Source: an uncultured delta proteobacterium (GTDB lineage: Bacteria > Myxococcota_A > Polyangia > Palsa-1104). From it: 64,000 nt of DNA. Below, one piece after another: positions 1 to 10,064 of this stretch. Within the stretch, counting starts at the first letter, position 1. The number at the start of each line of letters is the position of its first letter. Location: assembly GCA_963785725.1 (NCBI GenBank), contig CAWAWS010000007.1, forward strand, positions 96,001-160,000, written 5' to 3'. Under the pieces are notes generated by a model. The model worked only from the letters and a program-made list of their open reading frames with translations, searched no databases and had not been told where the DNA came from. Made by a program: the position numbers and the translations under genes.

Positions 1-1
1 G

Positions 2-658
2 CAGGCGACGACGCTCGTCTTCGGCCCCGAGCCCGGCGGTCGCGCGTACACCGAGTATTTGGCGGCGCTGTTGATCCGGCTGTTTCGCTATCTCGTCGAC
101 GACGCGACGCTGCGGCCGATCGCCGCGCGCTTGACGCACGTCGAGCCGGCGGAGCTGTCGCGCCGGCATGCCATCTTCGGCGCGCAGCTGACGTGGGCGC
201 AGCCGCGCAATGCCATCGTCTTGAGCGCCGCGCAGGTGCGGCTGCCGTGCGTGCACGCGTCGGACACGCTGCACGCGCTGCACGAACGCGCGCTGGCCGA
301 GGCGCTGCAGTCGGAGCTCGAAGACGCGCTGCTCGCTCGCGTGCGCGCGGCCTTGGCGCAGCGCGTGGGCCCCGACTTGCCGACGATGGCGGGCGTGGCG
401 CGCGCCGTCGGCCTGAGCGAGCGAACGTTACAGCGACGGCTCGGCGAGCGCGGCACGTCGTTCGAGCGGCTGCTGCAGGACGTCCGTCGCCAACGCACGC
501 TCGCGCTCTTGGCGCAGCCGTCGCTGACGATCCAGTCGGTGGCGCTCGAGATGGGCTATCACGACGCGAGCTCGTTTCATCGCGCCTTTCGTGCGTGGAC
601 GGGCGTGACGCCGGCCGTCTATCGCGCGCGCCTAAAGACCGACACCGACTCGCGCTAG
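2..658 (+). CDS. AraC-family transcriptional regulator (5' end outside window)
   Basis: Frame open from base 2. C-terminal AraC double HTH: VARAVGLSERTLQRRL...VALEMGYHDASSFHRAFRAWTGVTP. Confidence 0.9.
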   Translation, partial: QATTLVFGPEPGGRAYTEYLAALLIRLFRYLVDDATLRPIAARLTHVEPAELSRRHAIFGAQLTWAQPRNAIVLSAAQVRLPCVHASDTLHALHERALAEALQSELEDALLARVRAALAQRVGPDLPTMAGVARAVGLSERTLQRRLGERGTSFERLLQDVRRQRTLALLAQPSLTIQSVALEMGYHDASSFHRAFRAWTGVTPAVYRARLKTDTDSR

Positions 659-807
659 CCGACGCTCGCGATCCTCGGAATTCGTCGCGAATTGGCGGCA
701 GTCGTCACTCTTTTGGCGGCAGCTGCCAATTCTAGTGGGCACTGCGGTTTGCTACTGAGAGCGTGCTGCCGGCGCGGTGATCGCCGCGCCCTTCGCCTGG
801 AGGCTTC

Positions 808-2985
808 ATGTCCTTGGCTCGCTTCGTCGGCTGTACTCTCGTGCTCGCCGCTTCTGCCTGCTCCTCCGATCCGTCGTTGTCGCTCGGCCGTTCCGCGAGC
901 GCGTTGGCCGCGGCACCGTCGGTACAGCCGCGCGACGCCACGTTCGGCTCGGTGCCGCTCATGGGCTGGAACAGCTTCGACGTGCTGTCGACCAATCGCG
1001 CCGGCTACGGGCAGACCTGGCTCAACGAGGGCAACCTCAAGAACGCCTCCGACGCCATGCAGGCCAAGTTCCAGAGCGCCGGCTACACGTACATCAACAT
1101 CGACTCCGGCTGGAGCTCGAACCTCGCCTGGACCGCCAACACCATCGACGCGTACGGCGTCCCGCAGCCCGACGCGCAGCGCTTCCCCGACGGCATCACC
1201 GGCATGGCCGCCTACGTGCACGCCAAAGGACAGAAGCTCGGCATCTACGAAGGCGTCGGCCTGCCGGGCGAAATCTACAACGGCAACTACGCCATCGCCG
1301 GCACCAGCTGCCACGTGCAGGACATCGTCAAGCAGCCGATGACGATCGTTCCCAACGGCTGGAACGCCGAGTGGGAGATCGACTTCACCAATCCGTGCGC
1401 GCAGGCCTATTACAACTCGATCGCCAACGAGTTCGCGTCGTGGGGCGTCGACCTGGTCAAGATCGACGGCACCACCATCGACAACGCGCCCGACATCGAA
1501 GCCTGGCAGGCGGCGCTCGATCAATCGGGGCGGCAGATGTGGCTCACCGTCAGCGCCTGGCCGGTGCCGTTGGCGCTGGCGCCGGCGATTCGCAACGCCG
1601 GTCAAGGCGTGCGCATCGACACCGACATCGACTGTTACTGCAGCACCATCTCCAGCTGGACCGCTTCCGTCGACGCGCGCTGGAGCGACCTGCCCAATTG
1701 GCTGCCTTATGTCGGCGTCGGCCACTTTCCCGATCTCGACTCCATGCCGATCAACAACGACGTCGGCAACGGCGTGCAAGACGGCATCAACGACACCGAG
1801 CGCCAGAGCGTCATGACGTTCTGGTCGATGGCATCGGCGCCCTTGTGGGTGGGCGGCGACATCTACTTCATGGACGCGACGGCCGAGTCGATCTTGACCA
1901 ATCCCGAGGTCGTCGCCGTCGACCAGTCGGCCGTCATGCCGCAGCAGATCGTGAGCGGCAACGCGCAGGTGTGGAAGAAGTCGCTGCCCGACGGCACGAC
2001 CGCCGTCGCCGTCTACAACTTGAGCGGCGGAACGACGAGCATCACCGTCGACTTCGGCAGCATCGGCCTCGGCGGCGACGCCAGCGTGCGCGACGTGGTC
2101 GCCCGCGAGGACCTCGGCGTCTTCACCGGCAACTGGACGGCCGCCAACATCCCGTCGCACGGCTCGCGCCTCGTCAAGCTGACCAGCCAGAACGACGGCA
2201 TCGCCGGCTACACCTTCTGCGCTGGCGAGTACGCCAACTGCGCGCTCTCGGGCACGATGGACGTCGCCTTCGGCGCGCAGGGCTCGTACGTCTTCGAGAG
2301 CGGCTTGAGCGGCACGATCTACTGCGGCAACGCGACGTTCGGCAGCGATCCGGCGTACGGCTGGACCAAAGGCTGCTACACGCGTCCGCATGGCGGCGGT
2401 GGCCCGGCCAGCTTCACGTACTGCACCGGCGAAGGCGGCACCTGCACCGGCTCGGGCGACGTCGACGTCGCGTTCGGCGCCGCCGTCGGCAGCTTCATCG
2501 TGCAGAGCGGCATCGTCGGCAGCATCGGCTGCAACAACAGCGTCTTCGGCAGCGATCCGGCGTACGGCTGGTCGAAGGCCTGCTACACGCGCCCGAGCGT
2601 TGGCGCTGGCGGCGGCGGCGTCACCTACGAAGCCGAGTCGGCCACCATCGGCGGCAGCGCCAGCGTCGCCAGCTGCGGAAGCTGCGGCAACGGCAAGAAG
2701 GTCGGCTACATCGGCCACGGCGACGGCAACCGCGTCACGTTCGCGCAAGTCGACGCCTCGGCCGGCACGCACGCGCTCGTCATCCACGGCGTCTCCGCCG
2801 ATCCGCGCACCTTCTACGTCAGCGTCAACGGCGGCGCCGGCGTGCCCGTCAACGTGCAGAGCGGCAGCTGGTCGAGCCCGACGACGGTCACGATCAACGT
2901 CAGCTTGAACGCCGGCAACAACACGATCGCGCTCTACAACGACAGCGATTACGCGCCCGATCTCGATCGCATCGTCGTCCGTTAA
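808..2985 (+). CDS. Secreted/lipoprotein GH27 alpha-galactosidase-like enzyme with two Cys-rich repeats and a C-terminal CBM35/CBM6-like module
   Basis: Lipobox-like LAASAC. GH27 motifs PLMGWNSF, YINIDSGW, WGVDLVKIDG, FPDLDSM. C-terminal YEAESA...APDLDRI. GGAGG SD upstream. Confidence 0.88.
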   Translation: MSLARFVGCTLVLAASACSSDPSLSLGRSASALAAAPSVQPRDATFGSVPLMGWNSFDVLSTNRAGYGQTWLNEGNLKNASDAMQAKFQSAGYTYINIDSGWSSNLAWTANTIDAYGVPQPDAQRFPDGITGMAAYVHAKGQKLGIYEGVGLPGEIYNGNYAIAGTSCHVQDIVKQPMTIVPNGWNAEWEIDFTNPCAQAYYNSIANEFASWGVDLVKIDGTTIDNAPDIEAWQAALDQSGRQMWLTVSAWPVPLALAPAIRNAGQGVRIDTDIDCYCSTISSWTASVDARWSDLPNWLPYVGVGHFPDLDSMPINNDVGNGVQDGINDTERQSVMTFWSMASAPLWVGGDIYFMDATAESILTNPEVVAVDQSAVMPQQIVSGNAQVWKKSLPDGTTAVAVYNLSGGTTSITVDFGSIGLGGDASVRDVVAREDLGVFTGNWTAANIPSHGSRLVKLTSQNDGIAGYTFCAGEYANCALSGTMDVAFGAQGSYVFESGLSGTIYCGNATFGSDPAYGWTKGCYTRPHGGGGPASFTYCTGEGGTCTGSGDVDVAFGAAVGSFIVQSGIVGSIGCNNSVFGSDPAYGWSKACYTRPSVGAGGGGVTYEAESATIGGSASVASCGSCGNGKKVGYIGHGDGNRVTFAQVDASAGTHALVIHGVSADPRTFYVSVNGGAGVPVNVQSGSWSSPTTVTINVSLNAGNNTIALYNDSDYAPDLDRIVVR

Positions 2986-3422
2986 GTCGTCACCAGCAGC
3001 CGTTCGAGCGCCGATCGCATCTGCGACGGCAGCTCGAGCGGCCGCCTGCGCGCGCGGTCGACGAAGACGTGCACGAACTCGCCTTGCGCCACCGCCTCCT
3101 CATCGCCGACGACGAAGATCGCGATCTCGTAGCGCACGCTCGAGCGGCCGAGGTGCACGACGCGCAGCCCGCCTTCCAACGTCTGCGGATAGGCGACCGG
3201 TCGCAAATAGCTGCAGCGCGACTCGACGCATAAGCCGATGACGTCGCCCGCGTGAATGTCGAGGCCGCCTTCGTCGATGAGCCAGCGATTGATGACGGTG
3301 TCGAAGTAGGCGTAGTAGACGACGTTGTTGACGTGGCCGTAGACGTCGTTGTCCATCCAGCGCGTCGGGATGGTCAGGTGGAAGCCGAAGTCGGCGCGTT
3401 TGAGCGGCGTGGGCGCGGGCAT
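2982..3422 (-). CDS. Acyl-CoA thioesterase (4HBT/YbgC hotdog family)
   Basis: [18 protein letters not shown] motif; [12 protein letters not shown]. Confidence 0.92.
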   Translation of the reverse strand: MPAPTPLKRADFGFHLTIPTRWMDNDVYGHVNNVVYYAYFDTVINRWLIDEGGLDIHAGDVIGLCVESRCSYLRPVAYPQTLEGGLRVVHLGRSSVRYEIAIFVVGDEEAVAQGEFVHVFVDRARRRPLELPSQMRSALERLLVTT

Positions 3423-3425
3423 GGG

Positions 3426-4740
3426 TCACCAGTAGCGCAGCGCGCCGGCGAAGAGCGCGGTCAGGCGCGCCTCGTCGACGGGCTCGGGCGCGTTGTCGAC
3501 GAGGCGGCGCTGTGCGAAGGCGCCGTGCGCGAGCGCGGCCACGTCGCGTTCGTCGTAGCCGACGCCGGCGATGCCGTTGGGCGCGCCGGCCGCGCGCATG
3601 AGTGACTCGAGCGCGTCGCCCAAGAATCGCGCCGGCGTCGGCAGGCGCGGCGCCGCGAATGTCGGCGCCGAGGGCGGCCGCGCACGCGAAGTGGCGCTCG
3701 GGCGCGCTCGCCGCCGTCGCGCGGAAGACGCTGGGCGCGTTGACGATGACCGACAGCCCGTGCGGCACGAAGGCTTCGTCGTCGGGATAGCCGGCGCAAT
3801 GATAGCCGCGATCGTGCGCCAGGCCCGCGACGGCGTACGACATCGCGTGCGGCAGATGCACGCCGGCGTTGCCGAACGCGATGCCGGCCAGCGTCGCCGC
3901 CCACGCCAAGCCGTCGCGCGCTTCGACATCGTCGGCATCGGCGACGGCGCGGACGAGCCAGCGACCGCACAGCGTCATCGCCTGCATCGCGCCCAGGTCG
4001 CTCCACGGATTGCGCCCTTGGCTCATCGGCCTGAGCGACGGTGACGCCGGCTGTGCGCGCGCGGTGTACGGCCGCGCCGTGTACGACTCGAGCGCGTGGC
4101 AGAGCACGTCGAAGCCGCTGGCCGCGACGACGTTCGCCGGCAGCGTGCGCGTCGTCTCCGGGTCGACGAGCGCGTGCGTCGGACGCAGCCGCCGCGACGC
4201 GATGCCCGTCTTGGCGTGGCGCGCGACCCAGTCGAAGACGGCGATGCCGGTGCACTCGCTGCCGGTGCCGCCCGTCGTCGGGCAGGCGATGTGCGGCGGC
4301 AGCGGCCCCGGCACGGCCTGGCCGAGCCCGAGCGGCGCGTTGACGTAGGTCTCGAGCGGTGCCGGATACGTCGCATACAGCACCGCCGCCTTGCAGGTGT
4401 CGATGACCGAGCCGCCGCCGACGGAGACGTAGCCGTCGAAGCGGCCGTCGCGCGCGAACTCGGCCGCGCGCGCGAACGACGCGTCGGTGGGCTCGACGTG
4501 CACGTCGTCGAAGCGCGCGAAGTCGACGCCGGCGCGGCGCAGCGCGGCTTCGACGACGGCGACGTGCGGCAGCTTGGCCAAGCGCGCGTCGGTGAAGAGG
4601 GCCACGCGTTTGCAGCCGAGCGCGACGGCGAGCGGCCCGCATTCGGCGAGCACGCCGGGCCCGAACGTGACGGCGCTGGCGTCGATGGCGAACGACTGCT
4701 CGAGCCCCGCCGCCAACGCATAGCCGTGAAAGCAGCTCAT
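3426..4740 (-). CDS. Hydroxyacid-oxoacid transhydrogenase (Fe-containing ADH family); one +1 frameshift near 3620-3628
   Basis: [50 protein letters not shown]. The C-terminus (LGDALESL...QRRLVDNAP) continues in another frame. Confidence 0.88.
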
Positions 4741-4757
4741 GCGCGCGACTATAACGC

Positions 4758-5222
4758 TTACTGCGACTGCTGTTTACGCAGCGCCTTCGTGATCTCTTGG
4801 TCGAAGCGCGCCGCGAACTTCTGCTTCGCCTTGGCGTCGAACGGCGCTGGGCCGCCGGTCTGCACGCCCGCCTCGCGCAAGCCCTGCATCAGGTCGCGCA
4901 TCGCCAGCCGCTCGCCGACGGTGCCGGCCGCGTACAAGTCGCCGCGCGGATCGATGACGGTCAGCCCCTTTTCCGCCAGCGCCGCCGCCAGCGGAATATC
5001 GGCCGTGACGCAGAAGTCGCCCGCTTCGCTGCCGTCGACGATATAGGCGTCCGCGACATCCGCGCCTTGACCGACGCGCACGAACGAGACGAACGCGCCC
5101 GGGCCGACGTGCACGTTCTTGTTGGCGACGAGGATCGTTTGAATTTTCAGTCGCTGCGCCGCTTTGAGGACGATGTCCTTGATCTCGCCCGGCATCGCAT
5201 CGCCGTCGATCCAGATCTTCAC
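4758..5222 (-). CDS. YaiI/YqxD (UPF0178) family protein
   Basis: [37 protein letters not shown] start. Confidence 0.9.
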   Translation of the reverse strand: MKIWIDGDAMPGEIKDIVLKAAQRLKIQTILVANKNVHVGPGAFVSFVRVGQGADVADAYIVDGSEAGDFCVTADIPLAAALAEKGLTVIDPRGDLYAAGTVGERLAMRDLMQGLREAGVQTGGPAPFDAKAKQKFAARFDQEITKALRKQQSQ

Positions 5223-5234
5223 GGCGCGTCCCGC

Positions 5235-5507
5235 CTAAGCGTCGGCGGTGCACTCGGCGCAGCGGATCTTCCCGCGCGGTGCCATCTGAATGCTGGTGCC
5301 ACAATCGATGCAGAGACGTGCCGCGGGGCGCTCCATCGAGCTCGACTCGACGATGACGCCGCGCGCGGGCGCTTCGAACGCCGGCGGCAGCGCTTTCTCC
5401 GGCTCGACCGGACGCGCGTCGCGGAGGGCCGCGCGCTGCGCTTCCGGCGTCTCGTTTTCGCGAACGAGACCCTTGTCGAGCATTTGATCGGTGATGCTTT
5501 GCGACAT
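5235..5507 (-). CDS. Small hypothetical protein with C-terminal zinc ribbon
   Basis: 90 aa MSQSITDQ...; CIDC-x13-CAEC; directly upstream of yaiI on the same strand. Confidence 0.6.
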   Translation of the reverse strand: MSQSITDQMLDKGLVRENETPEAQRAALRDARPVEPEKALPPAFEAPARGVIVESSSMERPAARLCIDCGTSIQMAPRGKIRCAECTADA

Positions 5508-5642
5508 AGCTTGCAGTATGCCCGAGATTGTCAGCGCGGCTGCAGCATTCGGCGTGCCAGATCGTGATTTGTCGCGCCCGCTGTCGTCCCGTGTGACCCG
5601 CGCACGACCTATTGCCGCGCTTTGTCCTACAGTATCGGAACC

Positions 5643-6569
5643 ATGAACGACCTCGACGAGCCCGATTCGATCGTTCCGCCTTCGCTGCGCGAGCCGGAAC
5701 GCGGACCGCCGCGGACGTGGGTCGCCGTCGTGCTGACCATCGTCTTCATCGGCGCGGGTCACATCGTGCGCGGACGCTGGCAGCGCGGGCTGAGCTGGCA
5801 CTTCGCGCGCTTCGCGACGTTGCCGCTCTTTTTCCGTTGGACGGTGCCGACGATGATCGTGCTGCTGGCGCTTCACGTCGCCGCCATCGTCGATGCGGTG
5901 CGCTGCGAGCCGATCGAGCCGCGGCCGCGCGCCGGCAAGGCGTGGCTGTTGTGCCTGGCGCTGTTCGCCGGCTCCGTCACGGTGGCGCTGACGATTCGCG
6001 ACACGATCGTGCAGTCGTTCAGCATTCCGTCGGGCTCGATGATCCCGGCGCTGCAGGTGGGCGATCGCTTGTTCGTCTCGATGCGGCGGCACCTGCCCGA
6101 GCGCGGCGAGATCGTCGTGTTCCACTATCCGCGCGAGCCGCGCAAAGACCTCATCAAGCGTGTCATCGGCATTCCCGGCGACACCGTCGAGCTGCGCGCG
6201 GACGGCGGAATCGTCCTCAATGGCCGGCCGCTGCCGCAAAAAGAGGAGCCCGGCGACTGCAGCTACGACGACCACAGCGACGAGGAGGACCGCTGGTATT
6301 CGCTCAGCTGCACCATGCGCACCGAGCGCATCGACGGCCACGAATATCGCATCTATTTGAGCCCCGGAGCCGACCACGGGAATTTCGCGCCGGTGACGGT
6401 GCCGCCCGATTCGTACTTCGTGCTCGGCGATAATCGCGACAACTCGCACGACTCGCGCTATTGGGGCTTCGTGCCGAGCCGCATGTTGGTGGGCACGGCG
6501 CTGCGCACGTGGTGGTCGGTGGGCCCGCACGGCGTGCGCTGGGAGCGCGTGCAGCAGCCGGTGCGCTAG
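5643..6569 (+). CDS. lepB: Signal peptidase I with extended N-terminal membrane region
   Basis: IPSGSMIPAL.VGD (catalytic Ser), DLIKRVIG.PGD (catalytic Lys), YFVLGDNRDNSHDSRYWGFVP. Confidence 0.93.
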   Translation: MNDLDEPDSIVPPSLREPERGPPRTWVAVVLTIVFIGAGHIVRGRWQRGLSWHFARFATLPLFFRWTVPTMIVLLALHVAAIVDAVRCEPIEPRPRAGKAWLLCLALFAGSVTVALTIRDTIVQSFSIPSGSMIPALQVGDRLFVSMRRHLPERGEIVVFHYPREPRKDLIKRVIGIPGDTVELRADGGIVLNGRPLPQKEEPGDCSYDDHSDEEDRWYSLSCTMRTERIDGHEYRIYLSPGADHGNFAPVTVPPDSYFVLGDNRDNSHDSRYWGFVPSRMLVGTALRTWWSVGPHGVRWERVQQPVR

Positions 6570-6775
6570 CGCGCCGACCGCCGGCGGTAGCGCAAAATAC
6601 AGCTCGTTTCGGCAGCCGCTCGTCCGAGCGCGACCGCGGATCGAGCGCGATTCCTCGTAACGTTTTTGGCTCTTCGGCAGGTAAGGCGTGTCACGAAGCT
6701 GAGCCTTGCAGAAGGCGAAAGCGCGGTGTTAGTGTCCGCACGCTTTCTCAACCAAAGTTTATTTGGGGGTCGGTC

Positions 6776-8566
6776 ATGTTTTCGCAGTTTGCTTCGCGCG
6801 CTTCTGTCGGCGCGCTTTTGTTGAGCCTGGGCGCGGCCGGCTGTACGTCGAGCCCCGCGGTCGGCAGCCGCTCGAGCGCGCTCGGCTCGACGAGCCTCGT
6901 CATCAGCAAGGTCTACGGCGGCGGTGGCAACACGGGTTCGCCGCTGACCTACGATTTCGTCGAGATCTTCAACCTCAGCGCGGCGACCGTGAACACCGGC
7001 GGCTGGTCGCTGCAGTACGAATCGGCGACTTCGACGACTGCGAACTGGTTCATTACGCCGCTCGTCGCGGTGGACATTCCCGCTGGCGGCTACTATCTCG
7101 CACAGCTCGCCACGGCGAAGGCGACCGTCGGCGCCGCGCTGCCGCAGACGCCGGACGTCACCAGCACCGCCATCAATCTGAGCGCGAGCGCCGGCAAGAT
7201 CGCGCTCGCCAACGTGACGACGGCGTTGACGTGCGGCGCGGGCGTCGGCTCGTGCCTAGGCGCAGCCGGTGTCGTCGACTTCGTCGGTTACGGCAACGCC
7301 AAGACCGGCGGCGCCAACGACTCCGAGGGCGCGCCGGCGCCGACGGCATCAACGGCCAGCGCCCTCGTCCGTGCGGGCAACGGCTGCACCGACACCGACA
7401 ACAACTTCGCCGACTTCACGCTCCTGACGATCACGCAGCCGTCGGACGTGACGCTGCACAGCCAGGCCGGCTCGCCGACGTTCGTGAATCTGTGCACGCC
7501 GGCGGACATGACGTCGGTGCCGGATCTCTTGCCGCCGGTCGATCTGATCGGCGCAGACCTGACGCCGCCGCCCGACCTCTACGTGCCGCCGGATCTGATC
7601 GGCGCGGACATGACGCCGCCGCCGGACATGACGAAGATTCCGCCCGACATGACGGTCGGTCCCGACATGACGATCGTGTCGACCGATATGGCGTCTACCG
7701 CGGCCGGCGTCGGCGATGTCGTCATCAGCCAGATCTACGCCGCGGGCGGTAACGGCGGCGCGTCCTACCAGAATGACTACGTCGAGCTCTTCAACCGCGG
7801 CAAAGCGACCGTGCAGCTCGGCAACTGGTCGGTGCAGTACGCGCCGAAGGCCAGCGATTTCTCGCAGGTCACGATTCTGCCGCCCGGCGCCAGCATCGCG
7901 CCCGGTCAATACTTCCTCGTGCAGGCTGCTGGTACCCTACCTGCCCAAGGGATGCCGCCCGTCGGAGCGGTGTTGCCGACGGCCGATTACGTCAGCCTCA
8001 ATGACCATTTCAACTTCTCGGTAAGCGCGGGCAAGTTGGCGCTCGTGGAGACGCCGATTACGTTGGGCTGCGGCGGGGCCACGCGCTGCTCGGATCCGAC
8101 GATCTCGGATCTCGTCGGCTACGGCACGGGCGCGACCGATTACGAAGGCTCGGGCGTCGCGTCCGCTCCGGCCGATGCGACGAGCGCGATCTTCCGCGCC
8201 GGCGCCGGCTGCGTCGACACCCAGGACAGCAAGGCGGACTTCGCGTCGGCGGCGGCGATGCCGCGCAACAGCGCGACGGCGGCGGTCGACTGCAGCTTGG
8301 TCGTCCTCGACATGAGCGCGGCCACCGGTGACGACGCGTCGGTGCCGATGGATCTCGGTCACGCCGGCGGCGGCGGCACGGCAGGCGGCGGCGGCGCCGG
8401 CGGTGGCACGGCGGCCGGCGGCGGCGGCGGTGGTACGCACGTCAGCAGCGGCGGTGGCGGTGGCTGCTCGGTCGCGGCGAACGGCTCGAGCGACGCGGGC
8501 GCGCCAATCGTCCTCTTGCTCGCGGCCGGCGTCTTCTGGTTCCGCCGTCGCATTCGCCTCGGCTAA
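6776..8566 (+). CDS. Surface protein with two lamin-tail domains, a PD(L/M) repeat linker, an N-terminal lipobox and a C-terminal MYXO-CTERM-like tail
   Basis: LVISKVYGGGGN...DFVEIFN and VVISQIYAAGGN...DYVELFN. LGAAGC lipobox. Tail GGGCSV...IVLLLAAGVFWFRRR. Confidence 0.85.
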   Translation: MFSQFASRASVGALLLSLGAAGCTSSPAVGSRSSALGSTSLVISKVYGGGGNTGSPLTYDFVEIFNLSAATVNTGGWSLQYESATSTTANWFITPLVAVDIPAGGYYLAQLATAKATVGAALPQTPDVTSTAINLSASAGKIALANVTTALTCGAGVGSCLGAAGVVDFVGYGNAKTGGANDSEGAPAPTASTASALVRAGNGCTDTDNNFADFTLLTITQPSDVTLHSQAGSPTFVNLCTPADMTSVPDLLPPVDLIGADLTPPPDLYVPPDLIGADMTPPPDMTKIPPDMTVGPDMTIVSTDMASTAAGVGDVVISQIYAAGGNGGASYQNDYVELFNRGKATVQLGNWSVQYAPKASDFSQVTILPPGASIAPGQYFLVQAAGTLPAQGMPPVGAVLPTADYVSLNDHFNFSVSAGKLALVETPITLGCGGATRCSDPTISDLVGYGTGATDYEGSGVASAPADATSAIFRAGAGCVDTQDSKADFASAAAMPRNSATAAVDCSLVVLDMSAATGDDASVPMDLGHAGGGGTAGGGGAGGGTAAGGGGGGTHVSSGGGGGCSVAANGSSDAGAPIVLLLAAGVFWFRRRIRLG

Positions 8567-8654
8567 TCAAGCACCCTCCGCCACCACCGCATCCCCGATA
8601 TTCGCAGCTGACCTAACGCCTACGGCGGCGCGTGCTACGTTTTCCCGCGCGAAC

Positions 8655-9047
8655 ATGATCGACCGCAGCCAGCTCTATCCCCGCATCGGCGGCGACGAAG
8701 GCGTGCGCCGCCTCATCGACCGCTTCTACGACCTCATGGACGCGCGGCCCGACGTCGCCGAGGTCCGCGCGCTGCACCCGCCGGCGCTCGACAGCGCGCG
8801 CGACAAGCTGCACCTGTTCCTGATCGGCTGGCTCGGTGGGCCGCAGCTGTACGTCGAGCGCTTCGGCCACCCGCGGCTGCGGGCGCGCCATCTGCCGTTT
8901 TCGATCGGCGCGCGCGAGCGCGATCAGTGGATGCAGTGCATGACGCTGGCGCTCGACGAGACCGTGCCCGACGTCGAGCTGCGCGGCTTTCTCGGCGCCG
9001 CCTTCGCGCAGCTCGCCGACCACATGCGCAATCGCCCGGAGCCGTAA
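8655..9047 (+). CDS. Group II truncated haemoglobin (GlbO-like)
   Basis: LYPRIGG, RFYDLMD, WLGGPQLY, GHPRLRARH, ERDQW..CM. Confidence 0.93.
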   Translation: MIDRSQLYPRIGGDEGVRRLIDRFYDLMDARPDVAEVRALHPPALDSARDKLHLFLIGWLGGPQLYVERFGHPRLRARHLPFSIGARERDQWMQCMTLALDETVPDVELRGFLGAAFAQLADHMRNRPEP

Positions 9048-9240
9048 GCGAAGCGACGGGCGCGCGCGTTCCCTCGTTCACGTTGCGGCCGCGCCGTCTG
9101 CGACCGTCGCCGCCAACGCCGCCATCGCGTTCGGCGCCTCGCATCGTCAGCGTGCGCTTCGTCGATCTGGCGGGCGCGACGCTGACGCTGACGCCGCCCT
9201 TTCCCATCGGCACGCCGCCCAATCGCGGTCCCTTCGGTAC

Positions 9241-9255
9241 ATGACGAATAGTCAT
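9241..9255. promoter_or_regulatory. Palindrome ATGAC-N5-GTCAT containing T-N11-A (LysR-type box) upstream of the SDR gene
   Basis: Sequence ATGACGAATAGTCAT. Confidence 0.4.
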
Positions 9256-9331
9256 GCATGGAATGACGTGGATGCTGTCGACGCATCCTGATTCGGCGCC
9301 TATGTTCTGACTCGCGAACAGGAGGTCGATC

Positions 9332-10051
9332 ATGACGTTGCAAGGCAAGCGAGTGGTGTTGCTGGGTGGAACTTCGGGCATCGGGCTGGCGACGGCGCGG
9401 GCGGCGGCCAAAGCGGGCGCGACGCTCGTGGTGGCGTCGAGCTCGCAGGCGCGCGTCGACGCGGCGCTGCAGCAGCTGCCGGCGGGCACGACCGGTCACG
9501 CCGTCGACCTCACGCAGGAGCAGTCGTTTCGCGACCTGTTCGAAAAAGTGGGCGCGTTCGATCATCTGACGTTCACCGCGGGCGAGAACTTGCAGCTGTC
9601 GACGATCGCCGGCAGCGACGTGGCGGCGGCGCGGCGCTTCTTCGAGCTGCGTTATTGGGGCGCGTTCATGGCCGCGAAATACGGCAGCGGCCGGATTCGC
9701 GCGGGCGGCTCGATCGTCTTGACCGGCGGCTCGGCCTTCACGCGCCCGCAATCCGGCTGGGCGGTCGCGGCCAGCATCTGCGGCGCGATGGAGGGCCTGA
9801 CGCGCGCGCTCGCCGTCGAATTGGCGCCGATTCGCGTCAACTTGGTCGCGCCCGGCGTCGTGCGCACCGAGCTGTGGGGCGGCATGAGCGAGGCCGATCG
9901 CGAAGGGCTCTTCCGCGCGTTCGGCGCCAAGCTGCTCGTCGGTCGCGTCGGCCAAGCGGACGAAATCGGCGACGCCTACGTGTATTTGATGAGCAACGGC
10001 TTCATGACCGGCCAAGTCGTCGACATCGACGGCGGCAGCAGCCTCGTCTAG
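9332..10051 (+). CDS. Short-chain dehydrogenase/reductase (atypical SDR)
   Basis: GGTSGIG Rossmann motif; RVNLVAPG; TGQVVDIDGG; AGGAGG SD. Confidence 0.92.
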   Translation: MTLQGKRVVLLGGTSGIGLATARAAAKAGATLVVASSSQARVDAALQQLPAGTTGHAVDLTQEQSFRDLFEKVGAFDHLTFTAGENLQLSTIAGSDVAAARRFFELRYWGAFMAAKYGSGRIRAGGSIVLTGGSAFTRPQSGWAVAASICGAMEGLTRALAVELAPIRVNLVAPGVVRTELWGGMSEADREGLFRAFGAKLLVGRVGQADEIGDAYVYLMSNGFMTGQVVDIDGGSSLV

Positions 10052-10064
10052 ATCGAAGGCGCGG

